Assembly (NCBI GenBank): GCA_964585475.1
Contig: CAZPDF010000003.1
Location: forward strand, 7,983-71,982
From: an uncultured Candidatus Saccharibacteria bacterium
GTDB lineage: Bacteria; Patescibacteriota; Minisyncoccia; Sungbacterales; HO2-52-23
Direction: 5' to 3'
Length of the DNA: 64,000 nt
The notes beneath the pieces are model-generated. The model ran no database searches and was not told where the DNA came from. It saw only the letters and a list, made by a program, of their open reading frames with translations. Shown here piece by piece: positions 38,449-48,522 of the stretch (positions within the stretch are counted from its first letter, which is position 1; the number at the start of each line of letters is the position of its first letter). Position numbers and translations under genes: made by a program.

Positions 38449-40722
38449 TTACTGTAACCGCTCTCTTAGGTTTTTAATGCGGGCTTCCAGTTTTTTCACC
38501 TCGACCTCTCGTATGTTTTCTGCTTCTCGCTGCCGGTTTTGCTGGTCGAGACTTCCGGCGCGCTCTTCCAGAACCTTAAGCTGGTCTTCTAAATCCCGAA
38601 GCTGTTCCACGCGTTTTCCTATCTCCTGCTCAACGCGTTCCTGAGCTCTTTCCGTTTCGCGCGTTTCTCTTTGTGCGGCCCTTTCCTCTTCTGCTACGAT
38701 CCGCCCCGCTTCTGCCCGTTGCTCCGCCACTTGTTCACGCTGGACGGCTGTGGGCGGGGTGGCGTTTTCGGGAAGCGACAGCCCCATTTCCTGCGCGTAG
38801 TTTGAGGAAAGATAGCGGTAGGTTTCCGGCTTCATGTTAACCACCATCTGCGGTTCGAGCTCGATCCCATTCATGAATGCCTCTCTTAGCGCCGGATTTT
38901 CGCGAGCGATTCGTTTTATGTGCTCGGGATCCAGGTTCGGCACCAATATTCTTATCACGTCCATATTAAGTGCTCCGGTCGTGGGGTCCTTTATGCCCTC
39001 AAGGGACATCTTGGCCCATTCTTCGGGCTTCATTTTACGGGCCGTCTCTCTAATGGCCTCTTCTCTGGTCCGGGTATCAGGGACGAGATCGGGCGTGGCA
39101 AGATCGGGACGCGCCTTCAAAAGGTCTTTTTGCAGACCGAATTGAGTAGCCAGACGAAGGACCTGTGCTTGGTTGCCCCCGAGTTTCGAAAAGTCGCCTC
39201 TTTCTGAAAGAATCTGGGCGATGGCTACTTTATTTTCGGCCAAGGTGCTCTGGTTGAAGTCGGTTACGAGATTTTGGCTTGACCAGTTTTCGCGCCCCTT
39301 TCTTTTTTCGGTAACCCGCTGTTTCTGTGATTCAAGGTATCCGGTAACCTTTCGCGAGGCCGGTGCCGCCATCTTTCCAAGATACGGCGTTTGCGCGAGC
39401 CGCTCCTGCGCCTTGGTTATGGCGGGCGCCGCACGCCTGGCAGCCGCAGCAGCTGCCAAAGAAGCGCCGCCGGTGGCATAACCCAACCCAACAGCGGCGC
39501 CTGTTTTGGCAAGAGCTACGGCCGTATCCCCTATGGCAATGCCCATTTTTCTGCCGATGGTGATGGACGCCCATAAGAACCCGACGAATACAAAGAGGGG
39601 CAACATTAGAAGCAGGTTTCCCGCCAGGGTTGAATTTGTTCCCATGGTGGTGATGGGCCCCCGCGTCATGGCGTCAAGAATTAATAACGAAACATAAAAC
39701 AGCGCGTAGAAGGCCGGCGCAAAGAATGCCCAGCGAAGTAGGGCGTTAAGCCATTTATTCCACCAGCCCATAATGGTTGGGTTGGGTATGGCAAAAGCCA
39801 GAAAGGCAAATGGCGCGAGAATGGCAAGAAACACCATGGCAATGATTCGCGCAAGAAGCGTGGCCCAGGCGGCTATGAATGCGACAATGACCAATAGAAA
39901 AAGGAATATGGTAACTGCCAATGTCCACGACATTTTGAGGAGAATTGCGGTAGAGAGAAACCCTTTTAAAAATGCGTCTGCTGCTTCGGCGGCATACGCA
40001 ACAGCCGAGCTTGCGTTAATACATCCTTGCTGGGCGCCGGGACCCGTGGCGCTAGGATTAATTAACGCTGCCAAGCCGCAGTCAACGCTGGTGCTAGCGG
40101 GCATAGTAGGGACGCCGGTGGACACGTTGCTGGCAAGCTGTAATTTTACGCGCTCGGTAATAAATCCGGAAAGATCTCGAGGCAGAGCTTGGCGAAACGG
40201 AATGGCAATCGCATTGGCAAACCCGAAAACCGCAGAAACCATCGCCAAACTGAAATTTATCAGAAGCGCTACGATGATGATGCGGACAAGAAATTTTCTT
40301 CCACCAAGGTGCTCGATGCTGAAAATAATGGTAAAAGCAATCCAGAGAAGGATAAGAATAAAGAAAGAATTCGCAATGTCCCGCATAATCCCCCAAGCGT
40401 ACTGCACCGCGGGCATATTACTAGGATTTAGCACAACCGCGTAGAAGAAAATGTTATCAAGGATAAAGGCCTGTATGATGAGTATGCTAGATACAATCAG
40501 CTTTACTATAACCAGCATTATAAACCACAAGAGGGCGGGTATGTTGGTTGCCAGCCCGGCTGTTGCGCCAATAATGCCCGATATCCATGCGCCGATCCCG
40601 GTCGTAGGAGGTGTCGGAGCTTGCGCCAAAGCCGCAAAGGGCAACAACAATATTCCGGCAAACAATGCGCGCGCGGCGATCCGTATCAGGGGGGCAGGTT
40701 TTTTAATAGAAAGAAGCGCCAT
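38449..40722 (-). CDS. VirB6-like polytopic membrane protein
   Basis: WGIMRDIAN, ALLINFS, RIIAMVFLAILAP, multiple TM helices plus coiled-coil tail. Confidence 0.75.
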   Translation of the reverse strand: MALLSIKKPAPLIRIAARALFAGILLLPFAALAQAPTPPTTGIGAWISGIIGATAGLATNIPALLWFIMLVIVKLIVSSILIIQAFILDNIFFYAVVLNPSNMPAVQYAWGIMRDIANSFFILILLWIAFTIIFSIEHLGGRKFLVRIIIVALLINFSLAMVSAVFGFANAIAIPFRQALPRDLSGFITERVKLQLASNVSTGVPTMPASTSVDCGLAALINPSATGPGAQQGCINASSAVAYAAEAADAFLKGFLSTAILLKMSWTLAVTIFLFLLVIVAFIAAWATLLARIIAMVFLAILAPFAFLAFAIPNPTIMGWWNKWLNALLRWAFFAPAFYALFYVSLLILDAMTRGPITTMGTNSTLAGNLLLMLPLFVFVGFLWASITIGRKMGIAIGDTAVALAKTGAAVGLGYATGGASLAAAAAARRAAPAITKAQERLAQTPYLGKMAAPASRKVTGYLESQKQRVTEKRKGRENWSSQNLVTDFNQSTLAENKVAIAQILSERGDFSKLGGNQAQVLRLATQFGLQKDLLKARPDLATPDLVPDTRTREEAIRETARKMKPEEWAKMSLEGIKDPTTGALNMDVIRILVPNLDPEHIKRIARENPALREAFMNGIELEPQMVVNMKPETYRYLSSNYAQEMGLSLPENATPPTAVQREQVAEQRAEAGRIVAEEERAAQRETRETERAQERVEQEIGKRVEQLRDLEDQLKVLEERAGSLDQQNRQREAENIREVEVKKLEARIKNLRERLQ

Positions 40723-40732
40723 AAAAATTTTA

Positions 40733-41599
40733 TTACGGAAAGACCGCCGTTGTGAGACGGGTAACGAGCGCGTTGGCAATAGCCACAATTGCCTCCGAAA
40801 GCTCATCCGAATTTACGATAAAATCAAAATTGGAGCCGACCGCCTTTCTTAACTCGTCCGTCACTAAACTCCCCGGCGTTTGCACACGCGATTGTGTAGT
40901 GCAGCCAATCGGAGCCCCGGTGTAGCTATCGTATTCGCAGGTCTGATTCTGGGCCTGTACCCCCAAGAATCCTTGGCCGGTAAGGTATTGTTGGTTGATA
41001 GCGTCAGCCCTAGCTGCTTCAGAAAGAATCTTCTCCTCGAAGGCAATCAAATAGGCGGCGTACGGGTCATTTTGGGGACTTAGGTTGTAACTAATAAAGG
41101 CCGGCCAGCCGCCATTTTGGAAGTTTTGGAAATAGGCCTGGACGTTCGCCACAATCGCGGTGACGGTGCAAGTAAGTTTTTGCGATAGACGGCTGCCGCT
41201 ACCCGCAGACCTCCGCAGGCCCCTATTAAGAAAGGACCCCAAATTCCCGCAAAGATTTAGTCCTGCAATTTGGTTTAAAAATTCGCCGCCCCTCTGATCA
41301 ACCTGCCCCCGCAAAAAACCTTCAAAATCCTGCACAAAGTCCCCTCCCCCGCCCTGAATCCAGCCAATAATCTGCTGGGTGAGGAATTGGATCAGGGCCG
41401 AAGTTACAATGCGGAGCAGGAGATCAAAAAAGCCCTCTTTATCGCAGTTAAAATCAAGAATGCTACAATGAATCGGGACGGAGGCCGTGGCTTCGCGCGG
41501 AAGTACAAGGAGGGCGGCGGACGGCGCGAGCAAAACAAAAACAAGAGCCGGAACAACGAGGCAGTGGAGGAGCTTATTTTTAGAAAAGAAAGAGATCAT
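40733..41599 (-). CDS. Hypothetical secreted protein of the T4SS-like cluster
   Basis: Signal peptide; WIQGG, GGW..PQNDPY, GQGFLG, TPGS, SDELSE. Confidence 0.65.
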   Translation of the reverse strand: MISFFSKNKLLHCLVVPALVFVLLAPSAALLVLPREATASVPIHCSILDFNCDKEGFFDLLLRIVTSALIQFLTQQIIGWIQGGGGDFVQDFEGFLRGQVDQRGGEFLNQIAGLNLCGNLGSFLNRGLRRSAGSGSRLSQKLTCTVTAIVANVQAYFQNFQNGGWPAFISYNLSPQNDPYAAYLIAFEEKILSEAARADAINQQYLTGQGFLGVQAQNQTCEYDSYTGAPIGCTTQSRVQTPGSLVTDELRKAVGSNFDFIVNSDELSEAIVAIANALVTRLTTAVFP

Positions 41600-41618
41600 T
41601 CCTCATTTTAAATTTTAC

Positions 41619-41822
41619 GAACTGGTAGCGAGTAACCTCATAAATGTCATTCTGAGCGCAGCCGAGCGAAGCGAGTCCTGAGCGATAGCGAAGGAGCCCA
41701 TACGAGAGACCCCTCACTGCGTTCAGGGTGACACTCCATGTCAGATTCTTCACTTCGTTCAGAATGACGATCGAAGGGTTCAGGACGACAACGTGTAAAA
41801 ACGTTTACTCACCACCAGTTCT
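41619..41822. mobile_element. MITE-like element carrying GTCATTCTGAG-family palindromes
   Basis: Outer gaactggtagcgagtaa/ttactcaccaccagttc; inner tgtcattctgag..ttcagggtgaca and cttcacttcgttcagaatgac. Confidence 0.7.
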
Positions 41823-42870
41823 ACAATTGAGGATAAAGCAGGGGGGCTTTGTCGCCCGGAAGGAAAACTATATTTTTTTCCCGGAGCCACTGCGGTATTT
41901 CGTTTCTGTGAAAAGCAGTTACTTCTTTTTTTAGTTCCGTACGCAAACTGACCAGAAGGAGAATAAGCAGGGGGTCATCCAGCGACACGTCTTTTAATAA
42001 AGAAAGTTGCTCCACCGTTTTTCTCATGAACCAAATTTCTTTTTTGTGGAAGACGAGAACCACCTGCGGCGCGGGAAGCAGAAGAAGTTCTTTACCGATA
42101 CCCCCGGCCGCCGTAAAAAGGAGACCGATTTTCTCAAGCAGGGCGCTGTCTTTGGTTTGCAGAGCCCGGGTCATTATTTCCGTATCGTCCATGTCGCCCT
42201 TGAGAGGTGCCAAGTTCTTCTCATAAATTGCGGCCACTGAATTGAAATACGTTTTTACGGCACTGTTGCTTGAGTCGCTGGAGACGCGGACCTCGCTGTC
42301 GCTTACGGCATCAGCGGAAAATTTTATTGAAGCGCCCTTTTTGAACTCTTCAATATAAGCCAGGAATTCGGAAGACACTCTTTCGGCTCCGTCTTTTTGC
42401 AAAAACGACTGGACTCCTTCTTTTTGGGCGACTTGTCCGAAGAGGATCTGGGTAAGATTCCCTCCGGCAACAACCTCGCGGAGAAGATCAAGTGAACCGC
42501 CCTGCCCCAGAAACACCATACTCGCATCCGCCGTATCTTCGGGGCCCGGTTTCTTAGGATTTCGCTTTTGGGCGATCTCATCGCCATCCTTCGTGCCGTC
42601 GCCATCGGTGTCGGGTTTATTTGGATCCGTGCCGTAGACCGTTTCTTCCCAGTCCTTTAGCCCATCGTTGTCGCTGTCCAGGAGCGCTGGGGATGCGGAT
42701 TTCCCTCCAGAGATAGCTGTTACACGGGTTTCGATAAAATCGTCCTCACCCGGAGTAAGCCAGAAAGATATCTTGAGTCCAGCCAATAAGATGATAACCC
42801 CAAAAACCACAAGGAACATACTTGCTTTCCACCGTGATTTTGGCAAAATGGGAATAGAGGATAATCTCAT
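41821..42870 (-). CDS. Membrane-anchored protein with bacterial TSP3 (Ca-binding) repeats
   Basis: DSDNDGLKDWEE..GTDP..DTDGDGTKDGDE. Confidence 0.75.
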   Translation of the reverse strand: MRLSSIPILPKSRWKASMFLVVFGVIILLAGLKISFWLTPGEDDFIETRVTAISGGKSASPALLDSDNDGLKDWEETVYGTDPNKPDTDGDGTKDGDEIAQKRNPKKPGPEDTADASMVFLGQGGSLDLLREVVAGGNLTQILFGQVAQKEGVQSFLQKDGAERVSSEFLAYIEEFKKGASIKFSADAVSDSEVRVSSDSSNSAVKTYFNSVAAIYEKNLAPLKGDMDDTEIMTRALQTKDSALLEKIGLLFTAAGGIGKELLLLPAPQVVLVFHKKEIWFMRKTVEQLSLLKDVSLDDPLLILLLVSLRTELKKEVTAFHRNEIPQWLREKNIVFLPGDKAPLLYPQL

Positions 42871-42959
42871 GCATCTAGTGTGGATTATACCATGATATCT
42901 TGTGTCCGGCCTGTGGATAACTCTGGGACCCAAGATGGATGCCACCAGCCAATCTTTTT

Positions 42960-44072
42960 ATGACAATTTCGCGAAGAAATTTATATATACTCGGCGGCGC
43001 CGTTCTTTTGGCGGTCTTTGTGGCCCTCTTTTTACTGCCAAGGCCTTCCGGAGAAAAAGAAGCAGGCCAAGACGGTACACTTACTAAAGAAGGGCTTATT
43101 TCGTCTACCCCCCGCACCGTGGTGGGCCGTCCGGAGACCGGGCCTCCGGACACTCTTAACCTTCCCCCTCCCCCCCCAATTGAGAGGTTAGCACCGCCCT
43201 CCCCGTCGGTTAACGAACTTATCGGGGAGATTAGCGAGAGGGTCTTGGAACAAGCCCCGAATATTCCGCCATCACTCCTGTCACTTTTTGAGAATCTAAA
43301 ACGGGCCCTTCCCCAGCCAGCGGCCCCGACTGTCCAGCTTTCGGAAGAAGAAATATTTCAAAAGATTTGGCCCGCGAACGTTAGGGATACGCTAAAAGAT
43401 CTTGGGAACCTCGTAATTAAAGACGGGGTAATAGTAAAAGAGATTCCAACCTCTGGCGGGGAAAGTGGCGCGGGCGTCAAGGGGATTCCTATTCAAAATT
43501 GGTCTATGTCCGAAGGCGGCACGAATGAATTTAAAACCGACGTAGACATGTATAGATCTCTTGGCGCGCTTTTAGACGAGTCCCTTAAGCAGGGATGGAT
43601 TAAAGACCAGGAATATAAAAATCTCAAGAAGGGTCTTACCCAAGACCTACCCCTTATAGTCGAAAAACAAAAAGAGGCCCTGCGTAAGTGGGGGCGATTT
43701 GGTGGATCAGCCAGCGGGTCCGACCTTAGCATGGTCCCCGCAGATCCAAAAAAACTTATTGGTGATCTCTTTTCGTTTCTTTCCAATTTGCTGCCTATTG
43801 CACCAGAGGCCAAGGCCTTTTGGTATACTTTCCCTGATTGCTACAAAGACGATATTCCGGTTTACCCCGTACCCGGCTTCAGCTTGTGGGACCCATTTTG
43901 TAACAGCGGCTTTTATTGTGCTTATGGGTGTACATTTGTATATGACTGTGGTTATCAAGGCGTATACTGCAATGTTCCTATCGGTTGCCTTAACCTAATT
44001 TGCCGGGCGTGGCCCAATGCCATATGGGATGCTGTCTGGTATCCGGGTACGGGGATTTGCGGCTGCGGCTAG
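42960..44072 (+). CDS. Membrane-anchored protein with Cys-rich C-terminal domain
   Basis: N-terminal TM; 10 Cys in the last 85 aa. Confidence 0.65.
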   Translation: MTISRRNLYILGGAVLLAVFVALFLLPRPSGEKEAGQDGTLTKEGLISSTPRTVVGRPETGPPDTLNLPPPPPIERLAPPSPSVNELIGEISERVLEQAPNIPPSLLSLFENLKRALPQPAAPTVQLSEEEIFQKIWPANVRDTLKDLGNLVIKDGVIVKEIPTSGGESGAGVKGIPIQNWSMSEGGTNEFKTDVDMYRSLGALLDESLKQGWIKDQEYKNLKKGLTQDLPLIVEKQKEALRKWGRFGGSASGSDLSMVPADPKKLIGDLFSFLSNLLPIAPEAKAFWYTFPDCYKDDIPVYPVPGFSLWDPFCNSGFYCAYGCTFVYDCGYQGVYCNVPIGCLNLICRAWPNAIWDAVWYPGTGICGCG

Positions 44073-44075
44073 CTA

Positions 44076-44174
44076 AAAACCACAAATATGCACACGAATT
44101 TAGCACGAATAACACAAATATAATTATGTTTCATTCGTGCGATTGGTGGGTGATTTGTGCATCAATTGGTGGGC
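44076..44174. repeat. Inverted array of CACGAAT/ATTCGTG periodic repeats
   Basis: cacaaat..cacgaat..cacgaat..cacaaat / attcgtg..attggtg..atttgtg..attggtg. Confidence 0.8.
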
Positions 44175-45005
44175 TAGCTTTACCCATCCTTCAAGCGAGA
44201 GCTCTTGCGGGCGGGCCGTATCTTTCAGGCCGGCTTTTTTTATTGCCTCGAGCATGTGGTTTTTATCTAAGAGTTGAGTGAGAGAACGCGCCAGCGTTTT
44301 TCTTTTCTGCGAAAAAGCCCGACGAAGAATCTCAAAGAAACGTGCCTTATCTATGCTATTTTCTTCAAAAAATCGTCCCGAAATATCGGCGATTTTTATT
44401 ATCGCAGACTCCACTTTCGGCTGTGGCGAAAAACAGGAAGCCGGGACGGTTTTTATAACTTCCGGTTTCCCAAAGGCCTGAACCGAGAGCGCAAGAAGGT
44501 TCATTTGGGGGGGGCGAGCGCACATTCTTTCGGCGACTTCTTTTTGTATCGTTAATACGATTTGATTTGGTCTCGGACCGTTTTCGAGGAGCAACCGGAT
44601 TAGTCGAGAGGTAAGGTAATAAGGAATGTTGGCCACGACTTTGTAATCTGTGCTGCTATTAACGCCATCCTGAGCGCGAGCGAAGGACCTATGAGGTTCT
44701 TCAGTCCGGCTTCTGCCGGACTTCAGAACGACGTTTTTATGAATACGAAGAACGTCTCCGGGGATCACGGCGACATTATTAATCCCCTCTTTACGGAGGG
44801 AATTTTCTAATTCTTCGGCCATTCTTTCGTCTTTTTCCACCGCAATCACTTTCCCGGCGTGCTTCGCCAGCTCTCGCGTCAAGACCCCGGTTCCCGGACC
44901 GACCTCCAGAACCGTATCGTCCGAGTTTATATCTGCGGCTTTGATAAGAGTAGAAATTACCCACCGGCAGCGTAGAAAATGTTGACCTAGTCGGGCGCGC
45001 ACCAT
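44124..45005 (-). CDS. rsmA: 16S rRNA m6,2A dimethyltransferase
   Basis: LGQHFL, VLEVGPGTG, VANIPYYLTS, FSPQPKVES, FSQKRK; in-frame palindrome. Confidence 0.96.
   Translation of the reverse strand: MVRARLGQHFLRCRWVISTLIKAADINSDDTVLEVGPGTGVLTRELAKHAGKVIAVEKDERMAEELENSLRKEGINNVAVIPGDVLRIHKNVVLKSGRSRTEEPHRSFARAQDGVNSSTDYKVVANIPYYLTSRLIRLLLENGPRPNQIVLTIQKEVAERMCARPPQMNLLALSVQAFGKPEVIKTVPASCFSPQPKVESAIIKIADISGRFFEENSIDKARFFEILRRAFSQKRKTLARSLTQLLDKNHMLEAIKKAGLKDTARPQELSLEGWVKLAHQLMHKSPTNRTNET
44661..44735. repeat. GTCATCCTGA-family palindrome in-frame in rsmA
   Basis: aacgccatcctga..tcagaacgacgtt; encodes NVVLKSGRSRTEEPHRSFARAQDGV. Confidence 0.85.
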
Positions 45006-45042
45006 AAAGCTCCAAACTACAACTGATCGATAATTCAAAATT

Positions 45043-47034
45043 TTACAACTCGACGTCTTCCATCTCCTCGTTTATCTCGATAAGGTGTTCCGGTATCTCC
45101 GAGATAAACCTAGAGGGCGGATTAACCTGAATTGAGCCAAAATGGGTGCGCCGGAGCGCAAAAGTAAGGAAAACTTTGGCCCGCGCCCGGGTAAGCCCCA
45201 CGTAGCAGAGACGCCTCTCCTCTTCAAGTTCTGCCGGATTGAAAAGAGAACGGGAATGCGGAAATACCCCCTCTTCCATCCCGACCATGAAGACAATGGG
45301 AAATTCGAGTCCTTTGGCCGCATGAAGGGTCATTAAGTTTATGACCGGTTTTCCGGTTTCTATTTGGTCCGCCTCGGTCATAAGCGAGACGTCCTCGAGC
45401 ATGGACTCAACCCCCCCCGGAGGCTCGGCGGCGTCATATTTTTTGGCAAGGGTTACGAGCTCTTTTACGTTATCCCAGCGTTCCTCGGCATTCGGTGAGC
45501 TGTCCTCGAGATAGTCCTGGTACCGAATTATTTTTATCAAGCCCCTTAAGAAGTCCACCGCATGCTTTTTTGAAAGCCCCTCTTTTAATTTTTCCACAAG
45601 CCCATCGAACTCTTTAATTTTTTCCCTCTCGCGCTCGCGAAGCGAGCCGAGTTCTCCGGTGGCCCTGGCAAGCAGCGCGCGCGCCCCAATTCCGCGGGGA
45701 GGAACGCTTAAGACGCGCTTTAGACTTTCGAGATCCGCCGGATTCAAGAGATAGCGGAGGTAAGCGAGAATGTCTTTTATTTCCTTCCGCTGATAAAATC
45801 TTACCCCGCCGATAATTTTATAAGGTATATTTTCATCAAGAAGCGCCTCTTCCAGCGCCCGCGATTGGGCGTTTGTCCGATAGAGTACCACCATGTCCGT
45901 TAGTTCGTAGCCGCGCTCGCTAAGATCCTTTATTTTATTAACCACGAGCCCTGCTTCGGCTTTTTCATCTTCGGCTACGCAAAGTTCCAGCTTTTCTCCT
46001 GGCTCGTTCTCGGTCCAGAGTGCCTTATCCCTTTTAAGGGTGTTTTTAGAGATAAGGCCGCGCGCCGCATCAAGGATTATCTGGCTTGAGCGGTAGTTTT
46101 GATCAAGAATAACGACCTTGGCTTCCGGCCAGTCCTTCTCGAAAGCAAGAATGTTTCTGAAATCCGCCCCGCGCCAAGCGTATATTGCCTGTGCGTCGTC
46201 TCCCACCACGGCAATGTTTCTATATTTTTTAGCGAGTTCCGATATGAAAATATATTGGGCGTGGTTCGTATCCTGCCATTCGTCCACGTTTATATAGCGA
46301 AAACGGTCTTGGTACTGTTCCAAAACATCCGGATGCAGTTCAAAAAGTAGACACACATTTCCGATAAGATCGTCAAAGTCCATCGCGTTTGATTCGCATA
46401 GGCGTTTCTGGTAGGCGGCATATGCTTTATGGATCGTTTTGGGAAATAGGTCTTCGAGTCCGGCTGATTCTCTATATCGTTCCGGTGTCAATAGTTCGCC
46501 CTTGAGCCGTGAAATAGTTGCCGAGATCGCTCCGGCCGAAAACTGTTTAGGATTGATTTCCTGTTCTTTCATAACCTCTTTGATCAGCGAAAGCGAGTCA
46601 TCAGCGTCCATAATGGTGAAATTTCGCAGATACCCAAGTTTTGAGGCATGCGAGCGGAGAATACGTACCGCCAGCGCATGGAAGGTGCCGATGAGCGGAA
46701 TTGATATCCCGCTCAAGAACCCAGAACTTAGCATATTAGAACTTAGCTCTCTTCCCGGAATCTTAGTTTCAAGTTCTAAGTTCTTAGTTCTTAGTTCTAG
46801 GTTCTCGGCGAGGAGGGATTTTATCCGAGCCGCCATTTCACCCGCTGCCTTGTTGGTGAATGTGACTGCCAGAATCGCCTCCGGTCTGACCCCATTATTT
46901 AGAAGATGGGCCACCCTATGGGCAAGAACCCTTGTCTTGCCACTACCCGGGCCTGCTAAGATTAAAACTGGCCCCCCTGTTGCAAGGACCGCTTCCTGCT
47001 GCTTGGGGTTAAGATTTTTGACGAAATCAGCCAT
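45043..47034 (-). CDS. pcrA: ATP-dependent DNA helicase PcrA/UvrD
   Basis: AGPGSGKT, TFTNKAA, DEWQDTN, VGDDAQAIY, NYRS, TLHAAKGLEF, EERRLCYVG. Confidence 0.96.
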   Translation of the reverse strand: MADFVKNLNPKQQEAVLATGGPVLILAGPGSGKTRVLAHRVAHLLNNGVRPEAILAVTFTNKAAGEMAARIKSLLAENLELRTKNLELETKIPGRELSSNMLSSGFLSGISIPLIGTFHALAVRILRSHASKLGYLRNFTIMDADDSLSLIKEVMKEQEINPKQFSAGAISATISRLKGELLTPERYRESAGLEDLFPKTIHKAYAAYQKRLCESNAMDFDDLIGNVCLLFELHPDVLEQYQDRFRYINVDEWQDTNHAQYIFISELAKKYRNIAVVGDDAQAIYAWRGADFRNILAFEKDWPEAKVVILDQNYRSSQIILDAARGLISKNTLKRDKALWTENEPGEKLELCVAEDEKAEAGLVVNKIKDLSERGYELTDMVVLYRTNAQSRALEEALLDENIPYKIIGGVRFYQRKEIKDILAYLRYLLNPADLESLKRVLSVPPRGIGARALLARATGELGSLREREREKIKEFDGLVEKLKEGLSKKHAVDFLRGLIKIIRYQDYLEDSSPNAEERWDNVKELVTLAKKYDAAEPPGGVESMLEDVSLMTEADQIETGKPVINLMTLHAAKGLEFPIVFMVGMEEGVFPHSRSLFNPAELEEERRLCYVGLTRARAKVFLTFALRRTHFGSIQVNPPSRFISEIPEHLIEINEEMEDVEL
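46715..46806. repeat. Inverted heptamer (AGAACTT/AAGTTCT) array in-frame in pcrA
   Basis: Encodes ENLELRTKNLELETKIPGRELSSNMLSSGFL. Confidence 0.85.
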
Positions 47035-47059
47035 AAAACCAGAATAGCATGTTTTGGGG

Positions 47060-47133
47060 CCCGCCCCGTTAGAAGCAAGACGCCAGAGGCGTCTGCCAAT
47101 CCCGCTTTCGGCGGGACTGGGCTTCTAACGGGG
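47060..47133. repeat. 'Empty' CCCCGTTAGAA..TTCTAACGGGG palindrome
   Basis: 13-bp IR sharing the core arms of the tRNA-Pro carrier at 59486-59594. Confidence 0.85.
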
Positions 47134-47208
47134 TGTGGATAGCCCGGCTTGACTAGGGGGGTTTTCGGAGGTAGGGTGGAGGCGAGGCGATACACGCTGT
47201 TTTTGTTT

Positions 47209-47257
47209 GTCCCTAAGCGCTTTGCGCCGGGATCCCGGTCGCTTTGCGACTTAGGGA
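47209..47257. repeat. GTCCCTAAG..CGGGATCCCG..TTAGGGA palindrome
   Basis: Homolog at 29342-29390. Confidence 0.8.
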
Positions 47258-47368
47258 GAATTTGGTGTAAAGATAGGCCGAAATTGGAGTATGGGTCGCA
47301 TATTTAAGTCATTTCTGCCCTAGTCGGGTCTTAATTCTATTCGCACTCAACCAGACATTAAATCGCCG

Positions 47369-48433
47369 ATGCCAGGCGAATCTCCAAAAAATGTCATATC
47401 TTGGTCACTTTTCACGAGTGGCTGGCTTGTTTTAGGATGCATCGCAGTGTTTGTCGGCGCCTTTTTTGTACTGCCGTACTCGGCGAATGCAGGGCTCCTA
47501 TCCAATATCTTCCGTTTCTTGACTGGCGGAGAGGAGAAAATCGTAAATGATACATCTGCGGCATATATCTCTTTCCCTCTCCTGGGAAGTCAAGTTCCCA
47601 ACCTTGTCCCTCCTGGAGTCGGCGGACCGGTTGAGGGCCAAGATTCCTCGCTGCCGGTTATTCAGGACGGAGCGCTGGTCGCCACCCGGAATCCGCTTGG
47701 AATCTTGGCCGGCTCCGGACAGGACCAGATCCTTATTTATACAGTTCAGGAGGGAGACAATCCAAGTTCAATTGCCGCAAATTTCGGAATTTCTTTAAAT
47801 ACGCTTCTTTGGGCAAACAACATCCGGAACCCGAATTTAATTAAAGCCGGGGACGAGCTCGTAATATTGCCCATATCCGGCGTTAAGTATGAAATCAAGG
47901 CTGGTGATACTCTGGAATCAATAGCCAAGAAGTTCCGGGCTGACCCCGGAGAAATAATGAGTTTTAACGGCCTTGCTATAGGGGAAGTGCTTGTAGTTGC
48001 CAGCGTAATTATAATTCCTGATGGAGAGATTGCCCTGCCGGCCACTGCCGAGCCGCAGCGAACGAGCGTCGCCGGGCTCCCGGAGTTTCGCGGATATTAC
48101 ATGCGGCCCATAATTGGCGGCCGAAGATCGCGCGGCATTCATGGGTATAACGGCGTGGACCTTGCTAGTTCCTGCGGTCTGCCGGTGCTCGCTTCCGCCG
48201 AAGGAACGGTAATTCTTGTCCGCAGCTCCGGATGGAACGGCGGTTATGGAAAATATCTTGTTATAACGCATCCTAATGGCACCCAGACTCTTTATGCGCA
48301 TGTAAGCTCGATCTTGGCACGCGTTGGTCAATCCCTGGCCCAGGGGTCACAGGTTGCCATGATCGGATCTACCGGAAACTCCACCGGTTGCCACTTGCAC
48401 TTTGAGGTGCGAGGGGCTAAAAATCCCTTCTAG
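47369..48433 (+). CDS. LysM + M23 metallopeptidase
   Basis: Two LysM domains; HGYNGVD, GYGK, YAH, GNSTGCHLHFEVR. Confidence 0.92.
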   Translation: MPGESPKNVISWSLFTSGWLVLGCIAVFVGAFFVLPYSANAGLLSNIFRFLTGGEEKIVNDTSAAYISFPLLGSQVPNLVPPGVGGPVEGQDSSLPVIQDGALVATRNPLGILAGSGQDQILIYTVQEGDNPSSIAANFGISLNTLLWANNIRNPNLIKAGDELVILPISGVKYEIKAGDTLESIAKKFRADPGEIMSFNGLAIGEVLVVASVIIIPDGEIALPATAEPQRTSVAGLPEFRGYYMRPIIGGRRSRGIHGYNGVDLASSCGLPVLASAEGTVILVRSSGWNGGYGKYLVITHPNGTQTLYAHVSSILARVGQSLAQGSQVAMIGSTGNSTGCHLHFEVRGAKNPF

Positions 48434-48434
48434 G

Positions 48435-48522
48435 AAACCACGAATTAGTACACGAAAGCCGCACTAATGACATGAATAAACGATATGAACATTCGTGTTG
48501 TTCGTGAATCGATTCGTGGTTT
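48435..48522. repeat. Inverted array of CACGAA/TTCGTG periodic repeats
   Basis: aaaccacgaat..cacgaa..cactaat..catgaat / ttcgtg x3..gttt. Confidence 0.8.

Noticed and set aside
33801-40722. Conjugative element (ICE)
   Set aside because: No relaxase, integrase or boundary repeats; embedded among core genes.
42912-42920. Perfect DnaA boxes at 42912 and 14270 as a second origin
   Set aside because: They are single boxes in divergent promoter regions with no cluster or unwinding element; regulatory at most.
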